Assembly (NCBI GenBank): GCA_030141605.1
Contig: JAQGDQ010000138.1
Coordinates: 248,001 to 312,000, forward strand
Direction of reading: 5' to 3'
Length of the DNA: 64,000 nucleotides
Origin: Tubiluchus corallicola
Lineage: Eukaryota; Animalia; Priapulida
The translations under genes and the position numbers were made by a program. Shown in pieces: positions 12,655 through 24,559 of this stretch. The number at the start of each line of letters is the position of its first letter. Positions within the stretch are counted from its first letter, which is position 1. A model generated the notes under the pieces. That model was not told the origin of the DNA. It made no database searches and worked only from the letters and a program-made list of their open reading frames with translations.

Positions 12655-13260
12655 AATTTGAGTCATTCACTTATTTCGGAATGTAATCCATAAAACGCAT
12701 ATACATAAATAAATATAAGGATAAGAATGTATAAAAATTTATTTATACAGTACATATAATACATGGGTATGATTACGCATTTACAAATAAAATATCTTTT
12801 TGCTAAAATACAAGAATTTATACTGATATCAGAATCCAATCGATTTTTAAATGAATAAACAGCTTTTCGTATATAACAGCAATGTGCTGAATTTGGAAGT
12901 TGACACACGTTTGACTAGCCCTCCAATCATAGGACAATGAAAACAGCTTCCTTATACGCTTGTTGTATGTAACTTTCAGTTCTTTAAATAGTATAGGCAT
13001 TGTAATTTCTCCCCAATGGTATGCCATATACAATAAGTTTTAAACAATTGTATCTCAAATTCTTTACTACAAAGTGAAAAATTTCTAATAAGAATGTTTG
13101 CTCTAGCAGCAAGGAGACATTTCGTCTCGTAATATCCTCATTATCAGATGCCAAATTTGTTATAATATCCCCTAGATATTTATGATGCATAAGCTAAATA
13201 CGTACTTGTTTAAATACCTTTTTTGTTAAAATACATCGGAGGCGAATTATATCAACTACC
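12655..13260 (-). mobile_element. 5'-truncated L2/CR1-group LINE (RT C-terminus plus 3' UTR)
   Basis: KYLGDIITNLASDNEDITRR, ANILIRNFSLCSKE..IQLFKTYC, YGIPL and KVTYNKRIRKLF in shifting frames; the tail ends ccgaaataagtgaatga. Confidence 0.8.
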
Positions 13261-15715
13261 TTTTTGTTAAATGAGTTAATAATGAAACATACTTCTTTAA
13301 AGTATTATTTAATGAATTAGCCTATATTTTATTCATGGGTTAAAAATTTACAATGTAGTACAATTTTAACAGTGCAGGAGTAATGAATCCTAGTAAGAAC
13401 GTAGCATTAGTAATTATTTAAACGCTTCTAAATAGCTCCATGCATGCAATTTCTGGTGTTAATGTGCTTTGGGGACGACAGGTGGTGGCAGCGACCAATC
13501 ACAAAGTGAACAAAAAACGAACTTTTTCGCCTCAAGGTTCTCTGCGTACTTAAGTCCAGTTGTCCACCTTTGCAACGTGATTAAGCTTTGACTTCCATCT
13601 GAAAATGTAGCGACAATAGTAGCTATTAGAACACACACATACACAAACACACACAAAAGAGTGATAGAAGAATTTGTCTATTCTCTCGTATGTTCACGAC
13701 CGCTACCTTCAAGGTTATTTGTGAAGCCCATATACCCCCTATCTAAAATTAGCTACATTTTGTCTGCAGTTAACCATCAAAAGATAGCCCTTCTATTCTA
13801 AAATATCATCGTTAGAGTTCTTTATAGTCAACCTTTAAAGGCATTTCCGTCGACTTACACAATTGCCTAACTGGCGGCAATTGAGTAAAAATAATTTGGA
13901 AAGAAATAAATAATGAAAAGAAAATACACTATGAAATTATAATTAAGTCTCGCTGAGTCAGCAGTAAATATTTAAACATGAACACACCCTAAAATAGGTT
14001 TAAGGAAACTTTTCCACAGCGTCTACGTCACGAGCTGTGCTTATTTTTGGAAGAGCCTACGTCGGCTCACAAAATAAAGAGGAATTTATATGTGGTTGCA
14101 TGCATGACGTTGATGGCTTCATCTAGCTGAGGTTTTCCTTACGAAGAGTTGTTTTGACGTGTAGACTAAACTTACTAAGGACAAAACAAGGAGAAACTTA
14201 CAATTGAAATGTGAGAAACTTGAGTGGCAAGTGTAATTTCATTCTGCGGTTCTTATTGTGTTCAACATACTGACTTACGCGACGACTTATCCGCGCATGT
14301 ATCTGCAATAAGGACGGAAATTTTTATATTAAAAGTGAACTAATTCGACTAATTCGATAATAATTTAGTAGACTGCGAAACCTGAGTCGTAAACAACGCT
14401 GCTAAACATTATACGTAATGTGGGAGTATTTGATGTTTTAAAGGAAGACGAGGCTCTGTAAATTAACGGTAGATTTTTAGATTTTTTAGCACTTTGCATG
14501 TTGCATTGGGTCACTTTAGGTATTGTAGCCACTATTATCTACAATGACTCTTGAACACTTGCTTGAAGTTGCAAAAATAAGTAATTGCAGGCCTGTATGT
14601 GTAAAATATACATATACAAGCATGCAATTAGCCAGTGTTAGGCACGCATCAATATATATATATATAACTATTTTGGCAATCTTAAGAGTCGCATTACCTA
14701 TCTTAATATAGATATAATGACAAAGTACCATATTAATTAGCACAGTTTCTTAGTCCTTTCGTACTTACGAGTTATTACAGGTAGTATGTAATAGATGCTG
14801 TAAGTATTTTAAGAATTTCCATTTTATTTAGCCGCATATTTTTATTCATCCATGGTGCTGTTTAACTTTGTATGGGATTCAATTTAGTAAACACATTGTA
14901 CAACAGAAATATGTATAATTGTACAAAATTAATTCCTACCTAAAATTTAATACGCTTACACTATAGTAATAAATGATCCTTCTGATTATAATAAATAAGT
15001 TACTAATGTCATTTATACAACTATATTATTGTATATATTACGCTATATTCATAAATAGTCTTCCGTGTTTCGTTCCCCTAACTTCTTGTCCTAATTTTAA
15101 ATCCTGAAACATTGCAAACGACGCAAAGCCTTGACTAGTTTACAGTTTTTTTCATTGCCTCTTCCCCGTGACTTTTAAACGACTTTGCCCTCGTCATTAA
15201 TGGCTAGGTCAATTTACATAAAAGTCGACTAAAATACTAAAATGTACCATCCAGTCTCTACATTTCTTGCAAAGTCGAATGCAAAGTAACAGAAATTGTT
15301 TAGCCACATGTAGCAATGCAAATATGTGTAACCCTGTCGAGTATTTTGATTTTAACATTGGAATTTGTGAAAATCACGATTCATTTTATCACGCGTCAGT
15401 AATCAAAGTCCCGTACAAACAGACATGTTGCTATCCGCATAGTTATTTCACGCAAGCTCATTAAAGTCTCTTTATCGGACTTTTAGATTATAAGCGAGGA
15501 ACAGGTTAGCTGAAAATGTTAAAAATTTAAAACTTGCACACTTGCCTTTGCTAGTTTTCAGTGGCAGTCGTTCGCACCAACGTTACTGCGTCTTTGATAA
15601 TGTTCAAATTGAAACGAGAAATAAAGCCGTTCACGAATACTGTCCCTCAAGTTTCTGTCCTCCCCTCTTTGTAAATGCGCCAGGCGTGGTTTTCTGGCTG
15701 AATGGCAACGTTGTT

Positions 15716-15744
15716 GTGACGTCACGCTCTGCGCGCAGGTGAGT
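15716..15744 (+). promoter_or_regulatory. Palindromic CRE/ATF site next to a consensus splice donor in a CpG-enriched patch
   Basis: GTGACGTCAC at 15716-15725 and gcgcgCAG|GTGAGT at 15739. Confidence 0.35.
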
Positions 15745-17599
15745 ACACGGCTAACAGGTGGAACTCGCATTGTGTGGGTACTTGAGGTGTGATAGTGGGA
15801 TGTTGGTTATCGCAGGTGCATGGTTATTGTGTACGTAAGTATGTATGGCAAAATATGGTGTCTGCCGAGCACGTAAGTAATTCAAAGTAAATGTGTGGCT
15901 CAACTATATCCACAACTTCTTGAGCGTACTACGTACTTTTCCAAAATAGATTCCAGCTCAGCTGGTTGGCAGTATTCAGTGTTATACATTAGGCGTTGTC
16001 GTTGTTTAAAACTGATTGAGAAGATGTGACCTTGTTGTATTTATTATTTCTGACGGTTTATTTTTAACAGTGCATGTTGTTTGATTTTGAACTATAACCT
16101 ATAGCGTACTTAACTCGAGAATAATTTTTGAACTGTATGCATTTAGATACTAAACAGAAAGTCGAAAGGAAAAATTCACTTGTTATAGTCATATCTCATC
16201 AGCTGTCAAATCGCATTATAATCCATTGTCCAATGTTATTTTGAAGTGTAAAGCATCTTATAACCTGCAGTAATTATTTTAGAATAAAAATCTTTACGTT
16301 ACACCTACAACTGTCTAGTGATTCAAATCTCAATTTTTCTTATTGTTAAAGACTTGGCAAGATTTTGTCATCCGAAATCCAGGCTTATTGTGCGTAAAAT
16401 AAACTGTGATATATTGTAATAGCAGTTGACTGCTTTACTTACCATATGACACGATTGTATCTGCCGAATGCGCAGAATTTAAATTCTAGTTAAAAACAAA
16501 CTTCTTTCAGGCATTCTATTCGTTCACGTGATATTCATTTATTACTCTGTAATAACTGTTGTAAATATGTCGAACTCGCTGTTTATAGCGCTGTTATAAT
16601 AATTGCCAAATAGCTTGAATCTGTAGATACTTTTCTCGGAATATCGTAATAAAATCATTGAACCACCAGTACTGGTTTTTACTTTATTGGGTGAGAATGC
16701 GGTAAGCTGCAGGATTTTCATACGCTTGTATACACCTAAGGTCATCTAAATGAATGTAGTATAAGCGTGATACGTAGTCGTTCCACCATAATTATGGGTT
16801 ACAACTTAATGCTTTAAAGAGAAAGTTCTGAGAGCTTCAAAATACCAGAGCGAATATTTGTGAACTATTATTAAACGGGTCTTTTATCTTTCTGTGGCTT
16901 TATAACCTGCTTTTGAAGTTTGTAGATTTGGGTTTGCCGGGTATAGAGCTCGAAAAAAATTTTAAAATGTTTTTAAATGACTTACTGGGGGTGGGGGGCG
17001 CACATTGGGCGAAATCTGTCTATTACCATTGTCGAGCGCTGATTCTTACAAGTGTGTAGCCTCGATAAGCGCCGTGCGAACTTTGTTGAACCCGAATTTT
17101 TATTATGCGTTGCTTAAATTTCTGTCCGACAAGTTAGTCCTGCTCGTGTGCGGGCTCAATACAACATTTACTTGTCAGACCAGACCAATAAAAAGCTTTG
17201 ATTTCGTCAAAAAATCACGTGTCCTGTAAAGTTTGTTTACTGAGGTGACCAATGACACGGTTTGCTTCGCACTAAAGTTATAGTGCACCGGGAAATTTTG
17301 TCAGCGACAATTTGCGTCAGACACCTTTGCTGCAGACAAATTTTTTTTATGGATTGGCACTAATATTAGTCAAATCAGTTAATTTGTGTAAGCGTTTTGG
17401 CGTGGAATTTGAAATATCCTGGAAAATCAAAACTGCTTTACTACAAGTTTAGGTACTTCGAAAGGGGGTCAGTTTATTTTACTAAAATTTATTATTCAGA
17501 AAAACTGAAGTGTATGGAATGAGAAGAGATTCTCGTGTTCTAACTAGAATTTCTCAGAATGATGCTCAGACAGAAGTAGCAACACGATATTAATTACTT

Positions 17600-18400
17600 T
17601 AAGTATAAAGCTAAATTAATATGTATCTAGATGATCCTTTAAACTCTTCCAAAGCATGCACACTTCAAAAATACTCCTGTGCACATGTAAGGCATGTTTT
17701 TACTATTAGTGGTTTATTACGGTCTATATTTTGCTTGGGATCTGATTTCATAACGTGGAAACAGATGCTGTTCTCGCAGTTGCTCCTTAGGATGAATGGG
17801 CTTCACATGCCCAAATCTCTTCAAGACTTCCAGTTTTAGTGCATTGCTTAGCTTCGTGGCTTTATGCACACAGAGATCTGCGTCTTCGTCTTTCATGTAG
17901 GTATAGTACTTGGCTTTACGGTATTTTCTAATTTCTTCAAGCACGAAGTAACAAGCTTATACTGTTTTGCAGTGGGAAATGCACGGTAATGGTTGCAAGT
18001 TGCTTGCACAATAAATTCTCATCCAGAGCAAACCGTAGCTTTAAAAAAACTTAATAAATGTCTCTGAAGTCAAAGTCGCCTATAAAAAATGTGTAACATA
18101 TGTCCACTGGCAGCTAGATAACAGATGGCGAAAATTGTCCGTTCTCTATGATACTGTCGTATACGCTTTCCGTACATAAATGGCCAGTCTAAAATCGCGC
18201 CCCATAATATCTTCTGGGGCGAACAATAGAAGAATGAAACTCCCAATGATGGGTGAATTTGAGATGTGGAGCAGTTACCAGAAACCATAAAAAATCATTG
18301 GAATGGCCGCAGTTGGCATGGCTTTGTATTCCGCTCTTCTTCTACGCCACTTGATGCAGGATCACAGCATTGCTGCAACCAAATGTAGAAAACAGTTACT
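17600..18400 (-). pseudogene. Decayed coding relic, possibly Mab-21/cGAS-like (cGLR) nucleotidyltransferase
   Basis: Ordered motifs LKLRFALDENLL, ACYFVLEEIRKY, LSNALKLEVLK and HLFPRYEI parallel the Mab-21 motifs WRLSFSxxExxL, CYxxLKxI, SYxLK and HYFxP. Frameshifts and stops are present. Confidence 0.35.
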
Positions 18401-20659
18401 GCACGTTAAAATATAACGAGCATGAGAATCTGAACATTTCGGCTACAGCATATAAGCTTTGACACCATGTTTGGTTTCCTTGTGTGTGTTTTGGTACAAT
18501 GAGTTATTAAAGCTCAATGTTGTTTCTAAGCAACAGAACAGGCAGCTGCTTAAACTAAAGTTGAATGTAGGAAGCCGTATACGCATAACGTATTGTGTAA
18601 AATGTCATGTTTAGCTGCTGTTCTGATTCTTGTATAATTATTATTGGTAGTTTAAACTTTTAAATGTAAGATGTTATTATAATCCCAGACCCTAATCTAT
18701 TGTATATACAGCAAATTTGGGGGTCGGACTGCTAAAAATACTAAACACATTAGAAAAAGGGAACTTCAGAAGAACTTCAGTTGACAAATAATTATAGTAT
18801 AATAAAGTGTCTAATTTGCACGAATATGGGTATGGGTTTCATACAATAACACGAAGAGTTTCCACTACAGTTGACAGCCACTAAAGGTTCGCATTACCAG
18901 TATTAGTTTTTGGGCTGGTATGTAACCGGCTGTGGCATTATTGTTCTTCGATTTCATAAAAACGTTATCTACAACAACATTCGTTTAAAGCAAGCTCTAT
19001 TTAGCAAAGTATAGGCTAAGGGCTGCACGATTGGTGACATGAGTATACTGTGAATTGGACTTTGGTCGTTATAGTTAAACCAGTACAAACATTCAGCAGA
19101 CGTTACATACATCACAAAAACAGCATAACAAACTCTGCTGCTATCGAGAAAGCAAATTTGGCGTTATAAATTGAGTGAAAGGAAACTGAATCTAAGGTAA
19201 CTCAGTCGATTTTTGCCAAAAACAATGCATCTCAGTCTCGACGTGGACGGCTGGTGATCCAGCGACAGTGACAACGAACATTGCGGCTGCTATTGTCATC
19301 TTGCCCGAGAGTAGTAAACAGATATGAAGTTTTAATACTGTCAGGTAAAGATGTCGATAGTGTCGAATAATCATCTTCCAACAAAAAGTCGCTGAACTAA
19401 AAACTCTACATGATTCCACAACGGCTATCAAACAAAGAAGCAATGGACATGCAACCAAATTCATAAAGGGCCACTGACCAATGGACCATCGGACTGGTGA
19501 TCTTTTGACCGGTGGCTTTTGCAGTCTGTGCTTCTTTGGATGGCATATAGAGTCTAGACTTAGCAAGAAGTTTTAGATGGTTGTTACTTGGTTACATAAA
19601 ATGTGTTGTCGTTATTAGGTAAATGGAAACACCGACATTTCTCTAGAGGTAACTAACAAACCAAGCGAACTAATTGACCTATGTTTGCTTTTTTTGAACG
19701 CGCCAAAATGCGATAAAGATTTTAAAGGCCATGGATATATGGATCACTCACTGAACGAATACCTTACTTCTCTCTATCGTTTTTTGGATGACTCACTGTA
19801 AACACTTTAGTGCAGTGGATATTCAGTCATTCGTAGTTTGTGTGAACGTAACAAGAAGTGTATAACAGACAAATGTATATATACTTCATAAACAAAACGC
19901 AGCCCTACATCAGACCGGGTGTACGAAACTGTGTATTACCGTGAAAGTATTTTTCTTCTGCCTGCTGTTGGAAAACCCGAAACTGAAGGAGTTTTATGTA
20001 TTGCGCAATATACGTAAAATACGAGAAAATATGACCGCCTCAATTATATGAAAATGTTAGCTGTGAAGAATGTTCTCAGTCTGACTCAAGCTTACTTAGC
20101 TACACCCCTTTCGATCTACGCCTTCTATATAGCGTGTTGTAACTCTCGACTTGTATTGTTACTGATGTCCCTGAAAACCTGTTGGAGATGTCTGAATGTT
20201 TGTCTGTCTGCTGTTTGAAAACGCGGCTGATCTCTTAACTAAACATGGACGTTATCGTACATCGTGAGTCAGCAAATAGTCAGGTATCTTGATCGAGACG
20301 CCCGGATTAAATTCGAACCTGAATAAACGACTTTATAGTCGAATATATTGTGACAGTTTAATTTCACGCCGCAGAGTTTTGACAGCCCTCATTCAGTCGT
20401 TCTGTATCAGTTTAGATGGCGTACAATGAGTGGCGGATGACTGGCCTGATCGGTTTGACATCTCGACCTCGCTCTATAGGGCAGATACACGCTTCGCTTG
20501 TGTATTGTGCAACTCAATCAGGTAATGACTATGTGGTGTAGGTCCATCTATTTATTTATCGCAAAATTTTAGCCTAAAAATTGAAGTTACTCAGTAAGCA
20601 GACAAGTTCGAGACTTCGAGTGCAAGAAGGAAAAAAATTAATTGTTTTTTGACATGTAC

Positions 20660-20825
20660 GGGTAAGGTGCACGGTAAAATGACACAGGTAAAACTAGCAC
20701 AGGTAATGTGACGGTATATAATTTGTTATCAAGGTATAATATGTACCATTTTCCCTAGTCGTTGTTTGTGGCCTCGTTCCCTGTGCCATATATTCACCAT
20801 GCAATAATTACATGTGCCATTCTTC
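20660..20825. repeat. Foldback-like element made of GGTAAAATGGCACA-type subrepeats in inverted arrays
   Basis: ggtaaaatgacaca and ggtaaaactagcaca, then inverted tgtaccattttccc, tgtgccatatattc and tgtgccattcttc. The same motif array recurs at 24670-24745. Confidence 0.6.
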
Positions 20826-21452
20826 AATACATTTGAACAATTCATTACAAATATAAATTCGTTTTTACAGCTAGGTGCCTTTTTTCGTCGCAAACAAACC
20901 TCTTAGCACTTACATCCTAAAACTTCTGCTAGTGTGAACTTTCTGAACGAGAATGTTCCTATATCTGTGGACGTTGCTTCCCAGCCTGATAGCATGGATT
21001 TGCAGTAAAGGTCTTTTGAGAGGTCACTGAAAATATCAGTCAGCGAATGTGGTCCTCAATTCTCCATACAGAAACGGGACACTATGACACGAATGACACG
21101 GTTTTATAGCTACAGGGGCGAATTAAATCAGCGTGTCCGCTAGCACGACAGGTAATATATATTCATGTTTGTAGGCATGCTATTGTGTTGAGCAATAACA
21201 ATAGTACCTTTGTAGCAGTGCGCGTTTGAAACTTTCAATGTCATAATGCAGACCTACAGTGTTTCACAGGAGAAGTATAAGTGAGCGCCTTCTCCTAAAT
21301 ACCTAAGTAAATATAGAACCTGTGTGCCAACAATTAGCAAAAAATGGTAATAATAATGATAACGACAACCGTAATGATGGCGACAAACAAGAACCACCAT
21401 CACCACAATAACAACAACAACATCATACAAAGAGTGCATAACCTGCTTGTAA

Positions 21453-22129
21453 AGCACAAGAAAACCCTCAACTTACATAAAGCCTAAAAAATTCGTCTTG
21501 AAATTTTATACCACTTACTGCCTTTTTGCACATTAGACTTGCGTCGGCAATAATGCTGTATAAAATATGTAAATTTAAACTCCCGCGATGACCGTTACAC
21601 GCAACCATTTTGACTATAAGTCATTTGAAACAAGTTTAGATAACATTCTGTAAAGTTTGAAAAAAAATCAGAGCATTCGTGGCGCACACGTCGGTAACTA
21701 ATAAAATTTTAAATTACTGTTTCTTGTCAATAAGATTAAAAATACGTTTTTGGTTAGTGAGTGGGTGCACCCTGGAGGGTGAGTCAGCGACATTTTACCA
21801 ATTGCTGAACGCATTTTAAATAATTAAATTTTCGTTTCCAGTTACATAAGTCTTTCAAACAAGTAAGCGATATGCTAAATTATATAATTTTGCATGGAAA
21901 GTTTTTTGAGGCATAGCTTAACATGTACTTTTCTTCCCCTGATTTACGTTTGCGTAAGTGACGTCATGTAATGGCGCCGTCGGAACAGTGTCGCGGCAAG
22001 TTTAAAATGAAAACAAACAAAAAATCATTTCAACGCGAGAACGACATACGCATAAAATTGCTATAAAGTAATATAATTTCTTAAGGCGATTTTTCTGAAA
22101 CCTACTTTAGGTACCCCCTTTCTTGTCCT
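21453..22129. mobile_element. About 680-bp non-autonomous DNA transposon (Kolobok-like termini), copy 2
   Basis: Diverged copy of 8279-8963 in the same orientation; AGCACAAGAAA ... TTTCTTGTCCT inverted termini. Confidence 0.8.
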
Positions 22130-22149
22130 TTATGTCTGTTTTGTTCGTT

Positions 22150-22770
22150 TACACTTGAAGTTAAATTCAAATCATTTTATTGAGCTGCCATTGTGAGAAG
22201 TCTTGCATATACCCAAACGGAACATCCATCGATTTTAGTTTAATAACACTCAGATTGCGAAATGACATCTACTAAATCTACTAGATATTAACTTGTCAAT
22301 CTCTTTGTTAAACTGAGAAAACAAATAAATTCGCAAATATTTGCAGAAGGTTTTATGGAGAGTTTTTAGAGACAAACTCGTGTATTGAAAGGCAGTTTCG
22401 TTGATTTGACAACTATTATCAAAGCTATGATTTTTCAGGGAGCACAGCACGCTTGCGCAGTTTGCATTAATTTTACTATTTCCGTGGTTAGGAGGCCAGT
22501 ACTCACCTATCTCACCAGTCACCATTAACCAAAAAGGTATTCTAAATGGCCATCAAAGGTAGTCTCTCCCGGTCAGTCATATTAAAAAAAAATAGCTGTA
22601 CATTCAGTGATTTCAGTCTAATAAACTCAAAATATCTGATCCTGTTTACTTCATTGCATGTAGCGCCATCACTAATATGGGTAACCTTTTTCCTCCATGC
22701 TTTAGAACCAATTAATATTCTCGCATTTGAAACCTGGTGATTATTTGGCTGTCCACAATGCAAATATAAA
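22150..22770 (-). pseudogene. Decayed protein-coding relic (unassigned, possibly NLR-associated)
   Basis: Two abutting minus-strand ORFs (22542-22763 and 22250-22525) with globular-protein-like composition, separated by a frameshift or stop. Confidence 0.25.
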
Positions 22771-24174
22771 TCACATATTCTACTATATACTTATATATAT
22801 ATATATTATCAACTCACTAACAAAATTAATTCTTTTTCCTTTTCAGTTAGCTGCTTCTGATCATCAGATACAAACCATCATCTAATAACTTTTCATACGT
22901 GAAACCTAATCTGTGGTGGAATAAACAGTAAACAATGGAAATTTTTAAAGTATAAATATTTTATTTGCAGCAGACGGGACTTTTATGCATGTCTTTCGTT
23001 TTTTTGTTGGCGTTTGGTGACATTTGCTGAAAACCGTGTGAAATGTGAAATAATTGTTGTATTTTCAGAAGTTTTTAAAAAGGCTAACGTGCAAACTATT
23101 TGTGTAGTTCTAGCTATGCAAGGTGTTATTAATTCGAAAAAGAATTCACATTGCATTAGTCTTTTAAAGTTCACAGCTATCACACGTTGCAGAATTTATT
23201 GCAGATTCATAATCCCTCTTGTCATTTCAAAATCAAAAATCAAATGATACAAACACGTTAAAGGTCCATATACAGCACTAAGGAAATTAGTCTTGAAAAT
23301 ATAGGCCACATATCATTATATTGTCAGTGTATTTCTATATAGCAAGAACATTCAAAGAAATAAAAATGGAAATCTCAAATCGCGTGTTTTCACAAACTAT
23401 TATTAATGAGACTCGTGAGTTCGGAGCAGTTAGTTCTTGCAAAATTTTTACTTTAATGTTTTACGAGCAGCGTCGTTGACAATGCAAGATTATAAGTGGT
23501 TCACCCGGTGGCCCACTGAGGGAGTGCAAGCCCGAAAAGCACCTTTGTTTTTGAAATATACATAAAATATTGTTCTAAGTACTAAGTAGGCAGTACAGCG
23601 ATATATTTTCGTATTTTCCAGATCTGCTCCTCGGTTAATCTGAACCCAGTTACATAGCTGCACTTTTTACACCAGCACACCTCTTCTCTCGATGGGCAAT
23701 CAGAACAAAAAATTACCTATAAGGTGTAGGTGGCATAAGCATTTTGCAGCAAGAGACTGTAGACTTATAATTCATTGTTGCCCGAAATTGCGAGAATAGG
23801 ATGTGTTACTTACAGTAAATTATTCTGCTTAGTGTTACCAACTTAGTGGTTACATCAGATTACATGGATACTGTGGAGAATCTGAAAAAGGAGCCAATCG
23901 AGTGTACACAAAATAGAGTTACCGACACCCAAGGAAATCATTTTAAGTGTTAAATTACTTATTTTGTAACGTACATGAAGTTACTAATGTTTAGTATAAA
24001 CTTACCTACTAGTACCAGTGGGTACCTGTAATTTACCGGGTGAAGCTATCTAGCTTTTTACCCATAGTTTTCTCCATCTTGGTACTGACTAGTTGCATGT
24101 ATAAATAAAATAGTTTGTTCGCTAGGCGTCTGGTGGTGGCACGCAGCAGTAGTGGTTACTGGGATAGCCGTAGT

Positions 24175-24260
24175 GTCCTTCCAGGTTGTATGGAATTTTT
24201 CCGGATGATCTGCCCACAATTTGTCAAGCTGCCTTTTGTCAAGAAACATATCTTTCGATA
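24175..24260 (-). mobile_element. Short CR1-family LINE 3' end fragment
   Basis: KRQLDKLWADHPEKF is nearly identical to FERQFDEWWADHPEKS at the end of the CR1 at 58190-58680. Confidence 0.65.
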
Positions 24261-24304
24261 TGATTTCAAACTGCAAAAAACTGTAACGCTGTCTATAACC
24301 GTTG

Positions 24305-24341
<37 letters not shown>

Positions 24342-24559
24342 CCGTATAAGCTGACTTAGTAAGTAAATACGTACATTTATCAGTTTATTTCCATCGCCAA
24401 ATGGTTAAAGAAATGTAGACAAAACACTATGTGGAATGTTCGTGCATTATTGATCATAATTCTGTCTAATGAACAAAATATCATGTGAGTCTTTTGCTAA
24501 TCTGTATAATACTTATACAGGTATTTTTTATGTTTGCTTGTTTATCTTTATTTTATGTT

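Noticed and set aside
19192-19566. 124-aa minus-strand ORF
   Set aside because: TTG start, no recognisable motifs and no clear splice boundaries.
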